From positions 1-34,082 of the forward strand of contig JABHHG010000152.1 of NCBI GenBank assembly GCA_018671635.1: a DNA stretch of 34,082 nucleotides. The letters run 5' to 3'. A program made the position numbers and the translations under genes. Below are positions 26,752-34,082 of this stretch, one piece after another. Source of the DNA: Fidelibacterota bacterium. Its GTDB lineage: Bacteria; Fidelibacterota; Marinisomatia; SCGC-AAA003-L08; D37C17. The number at the start of each line of letters is the position of its first letter. Position 1 is the first letter of the stretch. The notes under the pieces are model-generated. The model did not search any database, had not been told where the DNA came from, and worked only from the letters and a program-made list of their open reading frames with translations.

Positions 26752-27066
26752 ATGACATTATCAGAACAAATACAAGACGATATAAAATCAAACTCTGTCA
26801 TTGTGTATATGAAGGGGACTAAGCTCATGCCCATGTGCGGATTTTCATCAACGATGGTGAATATTATGAATATGCATGGCGTTGAATACAAAGATGTAAA
26901 TGTGTTGGAAGACCCTGAAATTAGAGTTCAGCTCTCCGCATTTTCAAATTGGCCTACGATTCCACAGCTTTTCGTAAATGGTGAACTTGTGGGTGGATGC
27001 GATATTGCTATTGAACTTCACAATAGTGGTGAATTAGAAAAAATATTTGCAAACGCAGGAAAGTAG
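26752..27066 (+). CDS. grxD: monothiol glutaredoxin (Grx4/GrxD type)
   Basis: CGFS active site (PMCGFSSTMV), WPTIPQLFVNGELVGGCDI, and AAGGA SD. Confidence 0.92.
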   Translation: MTLSEQIQDDIKSNSVIVYMKGTKLMPMCGFSSTMVNIMNMHGVEYKDVNVLEDPEIRVQLSAFSNWPTIPQLFVNGELVGGCDIAIELHNSGELEKIFANAGK

Positions 27067-27085
27067 AACGGTAAAAAATAGTTGT

Positions 27086-27115
27086 AAAAAAGCCCAGTAA
27101 AACTGGGCTTTTTTA
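27086..27115. terminator. bidirectional rho-independent terminator between grxD and sufS
   Basis: AAAAA-AGCCCAGT-AAA-ACTGGGCT-TTTTTT: an 8-bp GC-rich stem flanked by an A-run and a T-run. Confidence 0.75.
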
Positions 27116-28312
27116 TTTCAAAATCGAAACGGCTTTTTCAATTCCCTGAATCAGAATATCAATTTCTTCGGTGGTATTATACACATAAAAACTGGCTCTG
27201 GCTGAAGAAGTGATTCCAAATTTAGTTAATAGAGGTTGGGCACAATGATGTCCCACCCGAATACAGATATGTTGTTGGTCTAAGAGCTGTGCTAAATCGT
27301 GTGGATGGATACCCTCAATATTAAAACTGAGCACTGGACCTCTATCTTGGGCATGGCCATAAATGGTAACATTATCGATTTGAGATATTCTTTCGAGGGC
27401 ATATTCTTTCAGTAATTCACCATGTTGATAAATAGTATTTAATCCAATTTTATTAATATAATCAATGGCTGAACCCAGGCCAATCACTTGTGCAATATTG
27501 GGTGTTCCCGCTTCAAACTTCCACGGTAGTTCATTAAATGAAACTGCATCCATAGATACATCTTTAATCATTTCACCGCCCCCCAGGAATGGATCCATCT
27601 CATTCAGTACTTCTTGCTTACCGTATAACACACCAACCCCTGTCGGACCCATCATTTTATGACCTGAAAATGTGAAAAAGTCACAGTCCATATCTTGTAC
27701 ATCGATGGGTAAATGAGGTGTACTTTGGGCCCCATCCACCAATACTTTTGCACCCACTTCATGAGCACGGGAAATTATCGTTTCAACCGGATTCAATGTT
27801 CCCAACACATTAGATTGATGAATCACCGCCACCAATTTTGTATTCTTATTGATGTACTGAAGGGGATTTTCTAACTCACCATCTTCATTTACAGGAATAT
27901 ATTTTAAGGTTGCACCTGTAAATTTGGCCACCAATTGCCAAGGTACATTATTGCTGTGGTGCTCCATTTCAGTAATGAGAATTTCATCACCAGACTTTAG
28001 AAATTTTCGGCCCCAACTGTATGCAACCAAATTAATGGATTCCGTGGTGCCTTTTGTGAAAATGATTTCAGTTCTATCTTCAGCATTAATAAATGAGGTT
28101 ACTCTATCACGTACCGCTTCAAACTCTAATGTGGCCTTTTCTGCAATATGATAAATTCCTCGATGGATATTTGCATTATATTCTGAGTAATATTCGGAAA
28201 GTACATCTATAACAACTTGAGGTTTTTGTGTGGTGGCAGCACTATCTAAATAGACTAATGGTTTGCCATCAAATGTTTGATTTATTAGAGGAAAATCTTT
28301 ACGAATATCCAC
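27113..28312 (-). CDS. sufS: cysteine desulfurase, SufS type
   Basis: 399 aa. PLP-lysine context FSGHKMMGPTGVGVLYG and active-site RVGHHCAQP. Last gene of the suf operon. Confidence 0.92.
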   Translation of the reverse strand: MDIRKDFPLINQTFDGKPLVYLDSAATTQKPQVVIDVLSEYYSEYNANIHRGIYHIAEKATLEFEAVRDRVTSFINAEDRTEIIFTKGTTESINLVAYSWGRKFLKSGDEILITEMEHHSNNVPWQLVAKFTGATLKYIPVNEDGELENPLQYINKNTKLVAVIHQSNVLGTLNPVETIISRAHEVGAKVLVDGAQSTPHLPIDVQDMDCDFFTFSGHKMMGPTGVGVLYGKQEVLNEMDPFLGGGEMIKDVSMDAVSFNELPWKFEAGTPNIAQVIGLGSAIDYINKIGLNTIYQHGELLKEYALERISQIDNVTIYGHAQDRGPVLSFNIEGIHPHDLAQLLDQQHICIRVGHHCAQPLLTKFGITSSARASFYVYNTTEEIDILIQGIEKAVSILK

Positions 28313-28317
28313 AGAGG

Positions 28318-28866
28318 TTAAAGCATTCCCATTTGCAAACGGGCTTCATCGGTCATCATGTCACGGTCCCATTGTGGTTCCCAAACAAGGTTCACATTTA
28401 CATCCAAAACACCGGGTACGGTTCGTACTTTATTTTGCGCATCCTGAGCAATCATGGGACCCATTCCACAGCCTGGTGCGGTGAGGGTCATTTTGATATT
28501 TACAAAACTACCCCCCGTTGCCATATGCTCAATATTCATATCGTAAATCAAACCTAAATCCACAATATTCACTGGAATTTCTGGGTCAAAAACAGTCTTT
28601 AATTGATCCCAAACTAAATCCTTTTCTACTGGAATAGATAAGTCAACTTTGGATTCATCAACCTCATAAACAACAGGCTCTAGGCCAATTGCATCGGCAT
28701 CTTGCCCTGAAATTTTAACCAAATTTCCATTTACAAATAAGGTGTAATCACCCCCCAGCGCTTGTGTGATTCTAACTCGTGTACCTTTGATGAGCTTGAT
28801 TTCTTCACCCGCCGGGATTAAAGTTGCATCACAATCTCGAGTTACCGTTATGATTTCATTTTGCAT
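28318..28866 (-). CDS. sufT: Fe-S assembly protein SufT (long DUF59/MIP18 form)
   Basis: N-terminal RDCDATLIPAGEEI...ITQALGG segment plus a DUF59 core (FDPEIPVNIVDLGLIY ... TLTAPGCGMGP). Confidence 0.8.
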   Translation of the reverse strand: MQNEIITVTRDCDATLIPAGEEIKLIKGTRVRITQALGGDYTLFVNGNLVKISGQDADAIGLEPVVYEVDESKVDLSIPVEKDLVWDQLKTVFDPEIPVNIVDLGLIYDMNIEHMATGGSFVNIKMTLTAPGCGMGPMIAQDAQNKVRTVPGVLDVNVNLVWEPQWDRDMMTDEARLQMGML

Positions 28867-29305
28867 TTTCTAATTCCTGAATTTCTTGATGAATTTTATT
28901 AATGGCGGAAATGAATCCGTTTGTTCGTTGACTGGTGATGCTTCGATTTAATCCAATATTTCCCAAAATATCTTTCGCCTCTACAGATAAGACTTCTTCT
29001 GCGGTCCGTCCATCCAATAATTTTTCAAGGATGTTGAGGAGTCCTCGCACTATGAATGCATCTGAATCAGTTCGGACTAAAAAAGTATTATCATTATTTT
29101 GAGTACATTTCACCCATGCTTGTGAAGTACAACCCGTTATTTTTGTATTTTCATTCCTATCAATCTCATCCAATCCCTTTGAACTCTTTCCCACATCGAT
29201 AATTTGAGCGAACTTGTCCATAGGGTCGTCAAAAAATGAGAATAACTCTTTAAATTCTGCTAATTGATCGTCAATTGAGGGCATATTTATTATTAGGCTA
29301 TCCAT
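28856..29305 (-). CDS. sufE: SufE-like sulfur acceptor
   Basis: 149 aa with the conserved ITGCTSQAW persulfide-acceptor motif. Ends with a TGA stop. Confidence 0.85.
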   Translation of the reverse strand: MDSLIINMPSIDDQLAEFKELFSFFDDPMDKFAQIIDVGKSSKGLDEIDRNENTKITGCTSQAWVKCTQNNDNTFLVRTDSDAFIVRGLLNILEKLLDGRTAEEVLSVEAKDILGNIGLNRSITSQRTNGFISAINKIHQEIQELENAK

Positions 29306-30546
29306 GTATTCATTTTTTTATCTATATAATTTTTAATGGGCTCAAATTTAATTTTCTCCATCACCTCAATCACAAATCCTGAAACGAGTAAAACAAAGGC
29401 TTCATTTTTCGGAATCCCCCGAGATTGAAAATAAAATAAGGCATCATCATCTAATTGACCCGTAGTGGAGCCATGACTACATTTTACATCATCCGCATAT
29501 ATTTCTAATTGAGGGTTAGAATTCATTTTAGCTGATTTTGACAGTAGTAAATTTTTATTTGATTGATGAGCTACAATCTTTTGGGCATCCTTTTGAACCA
29601 CCGTACGCCCATTAAATACCCCTGTAGATTTATCAAATAGTACTGATTTTACAATTTGTGAACTATCAGTATGGGGGCAATTATGATTCACAACAATATT
29701 ATTATCAAGATGCTGAGTCCCCCTAGAAAGAGAGAGGCAATTAATTCTACATTCTGAATTTTCGCCATTTAAATCCACATAGATATTGTTTCTTGAAAAT
29801 TTTCCCCCATCCTCATATTGATAAAAATTATATTGACTATCTTCAAATTGTTCTACATGGAGGTTGGCCATATGATGTGTATTTTCAGAACTTGATTGAA
29901 TCCGAATATGCTCAACTTCCGAATTTTTCTCAATTGTAATATACACAGCTTCATTTTGAAATAGTGATGTTGCATTTCCCACATATTCTTCAATAAAAGT
30001 AAGCAAACTACCCGATTCAATATCAATATGTAGTCGAGGATTTACCATAATTGAACTATCTCCATCAGAGATAAATAATATTCTAACGGGAGTTCCTACA
30101 ATAGTATTTTTACCAACAATCAGGCAAACTCCACTATCCATAAATGCTGTATTTAATAAGTCAAATGGTGATTTTTCAGAATGATTTAATTGATTATTTT
30201 TTAGCTCATTATACTCAGAACCAGTTAACAACTGAACACCTTCAGGAACACTTGAAATATCTTGTTGAAAATGACCATTGTAAATCACAATGGTTTGTAG
30301 GTCTTCAATTTTATAATTAGAAATATCAGGAGTTTTCTGGGGCGCATCCTTAACTTCAGAAATTAAATAATGATTCTCTTTTAATGCTGATAAATTAGTA
30401 AAACGCCAATTCTCCCACTTTTGAGTTGGGAATCCTATTGCTTCAAATTTTGAAAATGCATCTTTTCGTACCGGGTGTAATTCTGGTGAAAAATACTTTC
30501 TATCTAATAACTTTTGAAACTCATTTTGGAAATTAGTAAGGCTCAT
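29293..30546 (-). CDS. sufD: Fe-S cluster assembly protein SufD
   Basis: 417 aa. C-terminal SufB/D signature (QLEIYADDVKCSHGSTTGQLD..ALFY..SRGI). Position between sufC and sufE. Confidence 0.88.
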   Translation of the reverse strand: MSLTNFQNEFQKLLDRKYFSPELHPVRKDAFSKFEAIGFPTQKWENWRFTNLSALKENHYLISEVKDAPQKTPDISNYKIEDLQTIVIYNGHFQQDISSVPEGVQLLTGSEYNELKNNQLNHSEKSPFDLLNTAFMDSGVCLIVGKNTIVGTPVRILFISDGDSSIMVNPRLHIDIESGSLLTFIEEYVGNATSLFQNEAVYITIEKNSEVEHIRIQSSSENTHHMANLHVEQFEDSQYNFYQYEDGGKFSRNNIYVDLNGENSECRINCLSLSRGTQHLDNNIVVNHNCPHTDSSQIVKSVLFDKSTGVFNGRTVVQKDAQKIVAHQSNKNLLLSKSAKMNSNPQLEIYADDVKCSHGSTTGQLDDDALFYFQSRGIPKNEAFVLLVSGFVIEVMEKIKFEPIKNYIDKKMNTWIA

Positions 30547-30547
30547 T

Positions 30548-31282
30548 TTAAATCCAACTATAGCCTTTTTCTTCTAATTCATGGGCTAATTCTTTTGGGC
30601 CTGATTTTACAATTTTACCATTCATCAATACGTGAATAAAATCGGGCTTCATATAGTTTAGCATGCGTTGATAATGGGTAATCAAAATGAAAGCTCTATC
30701 GTTATTTCGATAATTATTAATACCTTCTGCGACAATACGTAATGCATCAATATCTAAACCTGAATCAGTTTCATCTAAAATTGCAAGTTTAGGTTCAAGG
30801 GAAATCATTTGCAGGATTTCATTTCGTTTTTTTTCACCGCCAGAAAAACCTTCATTTACAGGTCGATGAATGAAACTATCATCAAGTTCAACTACTTTCA
30901 GTTTTTCACGAATCATTTTTAAAAAGGTCACCGCGTCCAACTCATCATCCCCACGATACTTTCGTACAGCATTTACAGCTGCTTTCAAGAAATACATATT
31001 ATTAACGCCGGGTATGGCAACAGGATATTGAAAGGATAAAAACATTCCCTCACCTGCACGGTTTTCAGGGAGCATATCTACCAATGAGTTTCCACTAAAT
31101 TCCATTTTACCTTGTGTAACTTCAAATTTATCACGACCGGCTAATACATTTGCCAGTGTACTTTTACCGGCACCATTTGGTCCCATAATTACATGGAGCT
31201 CTCCCGGTTTTACCGAAAGGTTTACTCCCTTTAATATTTCTTTGCCCTCAACTTGAGCATGTAAATTTTTAATTTTTAGCAT
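30548..31282 (-). CDS. sufC: Fe-S cluster assembly ATPase SufC
   Basis: Walker A GPNGAGKST, ABC signature FSGGEKKR, Walker B LAILDETDSGLD. Confidence 0.95.
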   Translation of the reverse strand: MLKIKNLHAQVEGKEILKGVNLSVKPGELHVIMGPNGAGKSTLANVLAGRDKFEVTQGKMEFSGNSLVDMLPENRAGEGMFLSFQYPVAIPGVNNMYFLKAAVNAVRKYRGDDELDAVTFLKMIREKLKVVELDDSFIHRPVNEGFSGGEKKRNEILQMISLEPKLAILDETDSGLDIDALRIVAEGINNYRNNDRAFILITHYQRMLNYMKPDFIHVLMNGKIVKSGPKELAHELEEKGYSWI

Positions 31283-32730
31283 TATCCTACACTTCCTTCT
31301 AATGTAACTTCCATCAGTTTTTGAGCCTCAACAGCAAATTCCATGGGCAATTCTTTGAAGACTTCTTTACAAAATCCATTCACAATCATAGAAACTGCAT
31401 TTTCAGTAGAGAGCCCTCGAGAATTACAGTAAAAGAGCTGATCTTCTCCAATATTGGAAGTAGTTGCTTCGTGTTCCATTTGTGCCGTTGAATTTCTAAC
31501 ATCAATATATGGGAATGTATGTGCTCCACATTTATCACCAATTAAGATAGAGTCACATTGCGAAAAATTTCGAGAGTTTTCAGCATTCTTCATAATTTTT
31601 ACTTCACCACGATAGGTTTGCTGACCATGCCCTGCAGAGATTCCTTTTGAGATAATGGTACTTTTGGTATTCTTCCCAATATGAATCATCTTCGTACCCG
31701 TATCTGCTTGTTGATAATTATTTGTAACGGCCACAGAATAAAACTCTCCTATACTGTTTTCACCTTGGAGAATACAACTTGGATACTTCCATGTTACCGC
31801 TGAACCCGTTTCAACTTGGGTCCATGAAATTTTAGAGTTTTCTCCACGACAGGCACCTCGTTTTGTCACAAAATTATAGATTCCACCCTTACCATTTTTA
31901 TCCCCTGGATACCAATTTTGAACTGTAGAATATTTAATTTCAGCATTGTCTAATGTGATTAATTCAACCACTGCCGCATGGAGCTGATTCTCATCTCGCA
32001 TGGGTGCAGTACAGCCTTCTAAATAGCTCACATAAGAGCCTTCTTCAGCCACAATAAGTGTGCGTTCAAACTGACCTGTGTTTGATGCATTTATTCTGAA
32101 ATAAGTGGAGAGTTCCATGGGGCATCGTGTATTTTTGGGGATGTACACAAATGATCCATCGCTAAATACCGCTGCATTTAATGCTGCATAAAAGTTATCG
32201 GTATGCGGTACAACGGAGCCTAAATATTGTTTCACCAATTCAGGGTAATCTTTAACCGCTTCAGAAAAGGAACAAAAAATTACGCCTGCTTTTGCCAAAT
32301 CTTCTCTAAAAGTTGTGGCAATTGAGACCGAATCAAAAACCGCATCTACTGCCACATTTGCTAGCATTTTTTGTTCGTCGAGTGGAATTCCAAGTTTGTT
32401 ATAGGTATCCAATATTTCAGGATCCACTTCATCTAAACTATCTAATTTCTTCTTGGGTTTTGGTGCAGCATAATAACTTATAGATTGGAAATCAATTTCA
32501 GGATAATCCACTAATGCCCATGTGGGTTCAGTTAAAGTTTTCCAATGACTAAAGGCTTTTAGGCGATAATCTAATAGCCATTCTGGTTCGCCCTTTTTTT
32601 CTGAAATGAATCGAACTGTATTCTCATCTAAACCTGGAGGTAATTTTTCTTGTTCAACATCAGTTACAAAACCATACTTATAGTCTTGACTGACAGCATC
32701 ATCTATTATTTTTTGTTCGTCTGTTTTCAA
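31282..32730 (-). CDS. sufB: Fe-S cluster assembly scaffold SufB
   Basis: 482 aa with highly conserved SufB segments ([30 protein letters not shown]). Confidence 0.95.
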   Translation of the reverse strand: MKTDEQKIIDDAVSQDYKYGFVTDVEQEKLPPGLDENTVRFISEKKGEPEWLLDYRLKAFSHWKTLTEPTWALVDYPEIDFQSISYYAAPKPKKKLDSLDEVDPEILDTYNKLGIPLDEQKMLANVAVDAVFDSVSIATTFREDLAKAGVIFCSFSEAVKDYPELVKQYLGSVVPHTDNFYAALNAAVFSDGSFVYIPKNTRCPMELSTYFRINASNTGQFERTLIVAEEGSYVSYLEGCTAPMRDENQLHAAVVELITLDNAEIKYSTVQNWYPGDKNGKGGIYNFVTKRGACRGENSKISWTQVETGSAVTWKYPSCILQGENSIGEFYSVAVTNNYQQADTGTKMIHIGKNTKSTIISKGISAGHGQQTYRGEVKIMKNAENSRNFSQCDSILIGDKCGAHTFPYIDVRNSTAQMEHEATTSNIGEDQLFYCNSRGLSTENAVSMIVNGFCKEVFKELPMEFAVEAQKLMEVTLEGSVG

Positions 32731-32734
32731 TTCA

Positions 32735-32759
32735 TAGCTATTCGCGATTAGCTTTTAGC
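32735..32759. repeat. left arm of the inverted repeat flanking the four-helix-bundle gene (TAGCTATTcgcgATTAGCTTTTAGC)
   Basis: ATTAGCTTTTAGC (32747-32759) is the exact reverse complement of GCTAAAAGCTAAT (33149-33161). TAGCTATT (32735-32742) pairs with AATAGCTA (33159-33166). Confidence 0.7.
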
Positions 32760-33119
32760 AATTAGCGAATCCTTAATTTTAGCAATCAATCCATTTAACA
32801 TTTTCTGCCCCTCAGTAAGATTCCAAAAAATTGGTTGCATTTCATTGGCTTTTGCCAAACGAGTATTAACAGTAATCTGAATTAATGTCTCTATTTCAAA
32901 TGCCGATCCCAAGGAAATTTCTAAAAATCTTTTGAAATCTTTTTCACTGGTTCTACTACATCCCTCAGCAATATTAGCAGGAATAGAAACACTTGCTCTT
33001 TGAATTTGACTTATCAACCCAAATCTTTCAGAGAAAGGTAATGTTTTTGTGAAATCATATGTAGAATTAACAATATCCATACCTAACTGCCATACTTTAA
33101 ATTCTTTATATTTTCTCAT
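32748..33119 (-). CDS. four-helix-bundle protein (23S rRNA intervening-sequence protein / Avd-like family)
   Basis: 123 aa. The FKVWQ...Y..T..LP..E+F.L..QI.RA..SI..NIAEG pattern is typical of the TIGR02436-type family. Confidence 0.85.
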   Translation of the reverse strand: MRKYKEFKVWQLGMDIVNSTYDFTKTLPFSERFGLISQIQRASVSIPANIAEGCSRTSEKDFKRFLEISLGSAFEIETLIQITVNTRLAKANEMQPIFWNLTEGQKMLNGLIAKIKDSLIAKS

Positions 33120-33148
33120 TCCAGGAACTCCAATTATTTTTTATGAAG

Positions 33149-33166
33149 GCTAAAAGCTAATAGCTA
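33149..33166. repeat. right arm of the inverted repeat flanking the four-helix-bundle gene (GCTAAAAGCTAATAGCTA)
   Basis: See the left arm. The region is built from reiterated GCTAA(A/T) units. Confidence 0.7.
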
Positions 33167-33176
33167 AAGGCTATAT

Positions 33177-33536
33177 TTACACTGAAAAACTAGTTCCACA
33201 CCCACAGGTGCGTTCAGCATTTGGATTATTAATCTGGAATCCACCTGAGAGCATATCATCAGAAAAATCTACTTCAGTACCCTTTAAATACAACCATGAT
33301 TTCAAGTCACAATAAACTTTTATTCCATTTGAATCATAGACTTTATCGAACTCACCTTGCTTATTATCGAAGCTCATATTGTAAGTCATTCCAGAGCATC
33401 CACCGCCTACAACCGAAACACGCAGACCATAGCCCACTTTTCCTTCGCCTTCTAATATTACTTTTACACGATTTGCTGCCTTTATAGAAACCGATATTTC
33501 TTCATTTGTAATTGGTGTTTGAATTGTGTCAGTCAT
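33177..33536 (-). CDS. sufA: A-type Fe-S carrier (SufA/IscA/ErpA, HesB family)
   Basis: GGGCSG and C-terminal CGCGTSFSV cluster-ligand motifs. Confidence 0.9.
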   Translation of the reverse strand: MTDTIQTPITNEEISVSIKAANRVKVILEGEGKVGYGLRVSVVGGGCSGMTYNMSFDNKQGEFDKVYDSNGIKVYCDLKSWLYLKGTEVDFSDDMLSGGFQINNPNAERTCGCGTSFSV

Positions 33537-33545
33537 GGTATACCT

Positions 33546-33944
33546 CTATTGTGTAATTTCACTGAGTGAAATATTGCTAAACATAGTTTTTAAATTTTTA
33601 TTTATGATTTTTATGGGTTGACGGATATTGCAAACATCCATGAGAGAACAATCAGAATCGGTGGTACACTCTACAAGGCCCTGTGGACCTTCCATCTTCT
33701 CAATAAAATCTAAAAAGCTTAGATTGTCTAAAGATTCAATTACTTTATACCCACCATGAGGACCTTGAACTGCATGAACGATTTCTAACTTTGCAAGTTG
33801 CTGTAATGTTTTTGCTAAAATTTCTTGGGGAATAGCAAATTTTACAGCAATCTCTTTTGTCGTGCTGAGTTCATTCTCTTCCTTATGTTGCATATGACTT
33901 AAGGCGATGAGAGAATATTCTAATTTTCGTGTTAATTTTAACAT
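33546..33944 (-). CDS. Rrf2-family transcriptional regulator (IscR/SufR-like, Cx5Cx5C cluster ligands)
   Basis: N-terminus MLKLTRKLEYSLIAL, wHTH, and CTTDSDCSLMDVC with IscR-type spacing. First gene of the suf operon. Confidence 0.88.
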   Translation of the reverse strand: MLKLTRKLEYSLIALSHMQHKEENELSTTKEIAVKFAIPQEILAKTLQQLAKLEIVHAVQGPHGGYKVIESLDNLSFLDFIEKMEGPQGLVECTTDSDCSLMDVCNIRQPIKIINKNLKTMFSNISLSEITQ

Positions 33945-34007
33945 GATATTTTTACTACTTTACAGTTGAGGAAATTTACAGATAGGATATTTATGAGTAC
34001 AAGAACT

Positions 34008-34032
34008 AAATACGACTAAAAATATCGGGTAT
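34008..34032 (-). promoter_or_regulatory. candidate IscR-type operator upstream of the Rrf2 gene
   Basis: The minus strand ATACCCGATATTTTTAGTCGTATTT matches 19 of 25 positions of the E. coli type-1 IscR consensus as I recall it (ATASYYGACTRWWWYAGTCRRSTAT). It lies 64-88 nt upstream of the start codon. Confidence 0.3.
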
Positions 34033-34082
34033 ATCTTTTATAGAAGGGCTAAACCTCTTTTTATGACCGTGCCTAAATCAGA

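Overview
AT-rich bacterial chromosomal segment that uses the standard genetic code: TGA is a genuine stop for sufE, the TetR gene and others, and Shine-Dalgarno sites are visible. No transposase, integrase, CRISPR array or rRNA is present. From left to right the window holds: (1) a tyrosine-catabolism operon (HisC-type aminotransferase, hppD, hmgA, VOC protein); (2) a divergent long SAM-methyltransferase; (3) a giant S8 protease with FG-GAP repeats and a dockerin; (4) a 1019-aa cargo protein with a T9SS-type C-terminal domain; (5) a decayed MATE/DUF1801 junction; (6) an amidohydrolase next to a paraoxonase (PON)-like lactonase; (7) two small OMP-like proteins; (8) TetR-alkB; (9) several small genes and tRNA-Leu(UAG); (10) a tightly packed exoprotein operon (His-rich lipoprotein, an LVIVD-propeller/redoxin/dockerin protein, an HExxH/dockerin protein, a DUF998-like membrane protein); (11) a 2OG oxygenase and grxD; (12) a complete suf Fe-S operon (Rrf2 regulator, sufA, a four-helix-bundle insert, sufBCD, sufE, sufT, sufS). 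The sorting modules (T9SS CTD plus dockerin-like repeats) hint at an uncultured marine FCB-group lineage, but that is inference only. The most interesting signal is that ORFs 23886..25106 and 23352..23858 are one reading frame. A single TGA separates them, and it sits exactly where the first Cys of a TlpA-type CxxC motif belongs. A SECIS-like hairpin follows it, so this is a candidate UxxC selenoprotein displayed through a dockerin. The 5' end of the same gene is broken by a perfect 14-bp tandem duplication. Other notable points are three dockerin-bearing exoproteins with no visible cohesin, a bacterial PON homologue, a fused pair of gene remnants, and an inverted-repeat-flanked four-helix-bundle (23S IVS/Avd-like) gene inside the suf operon.
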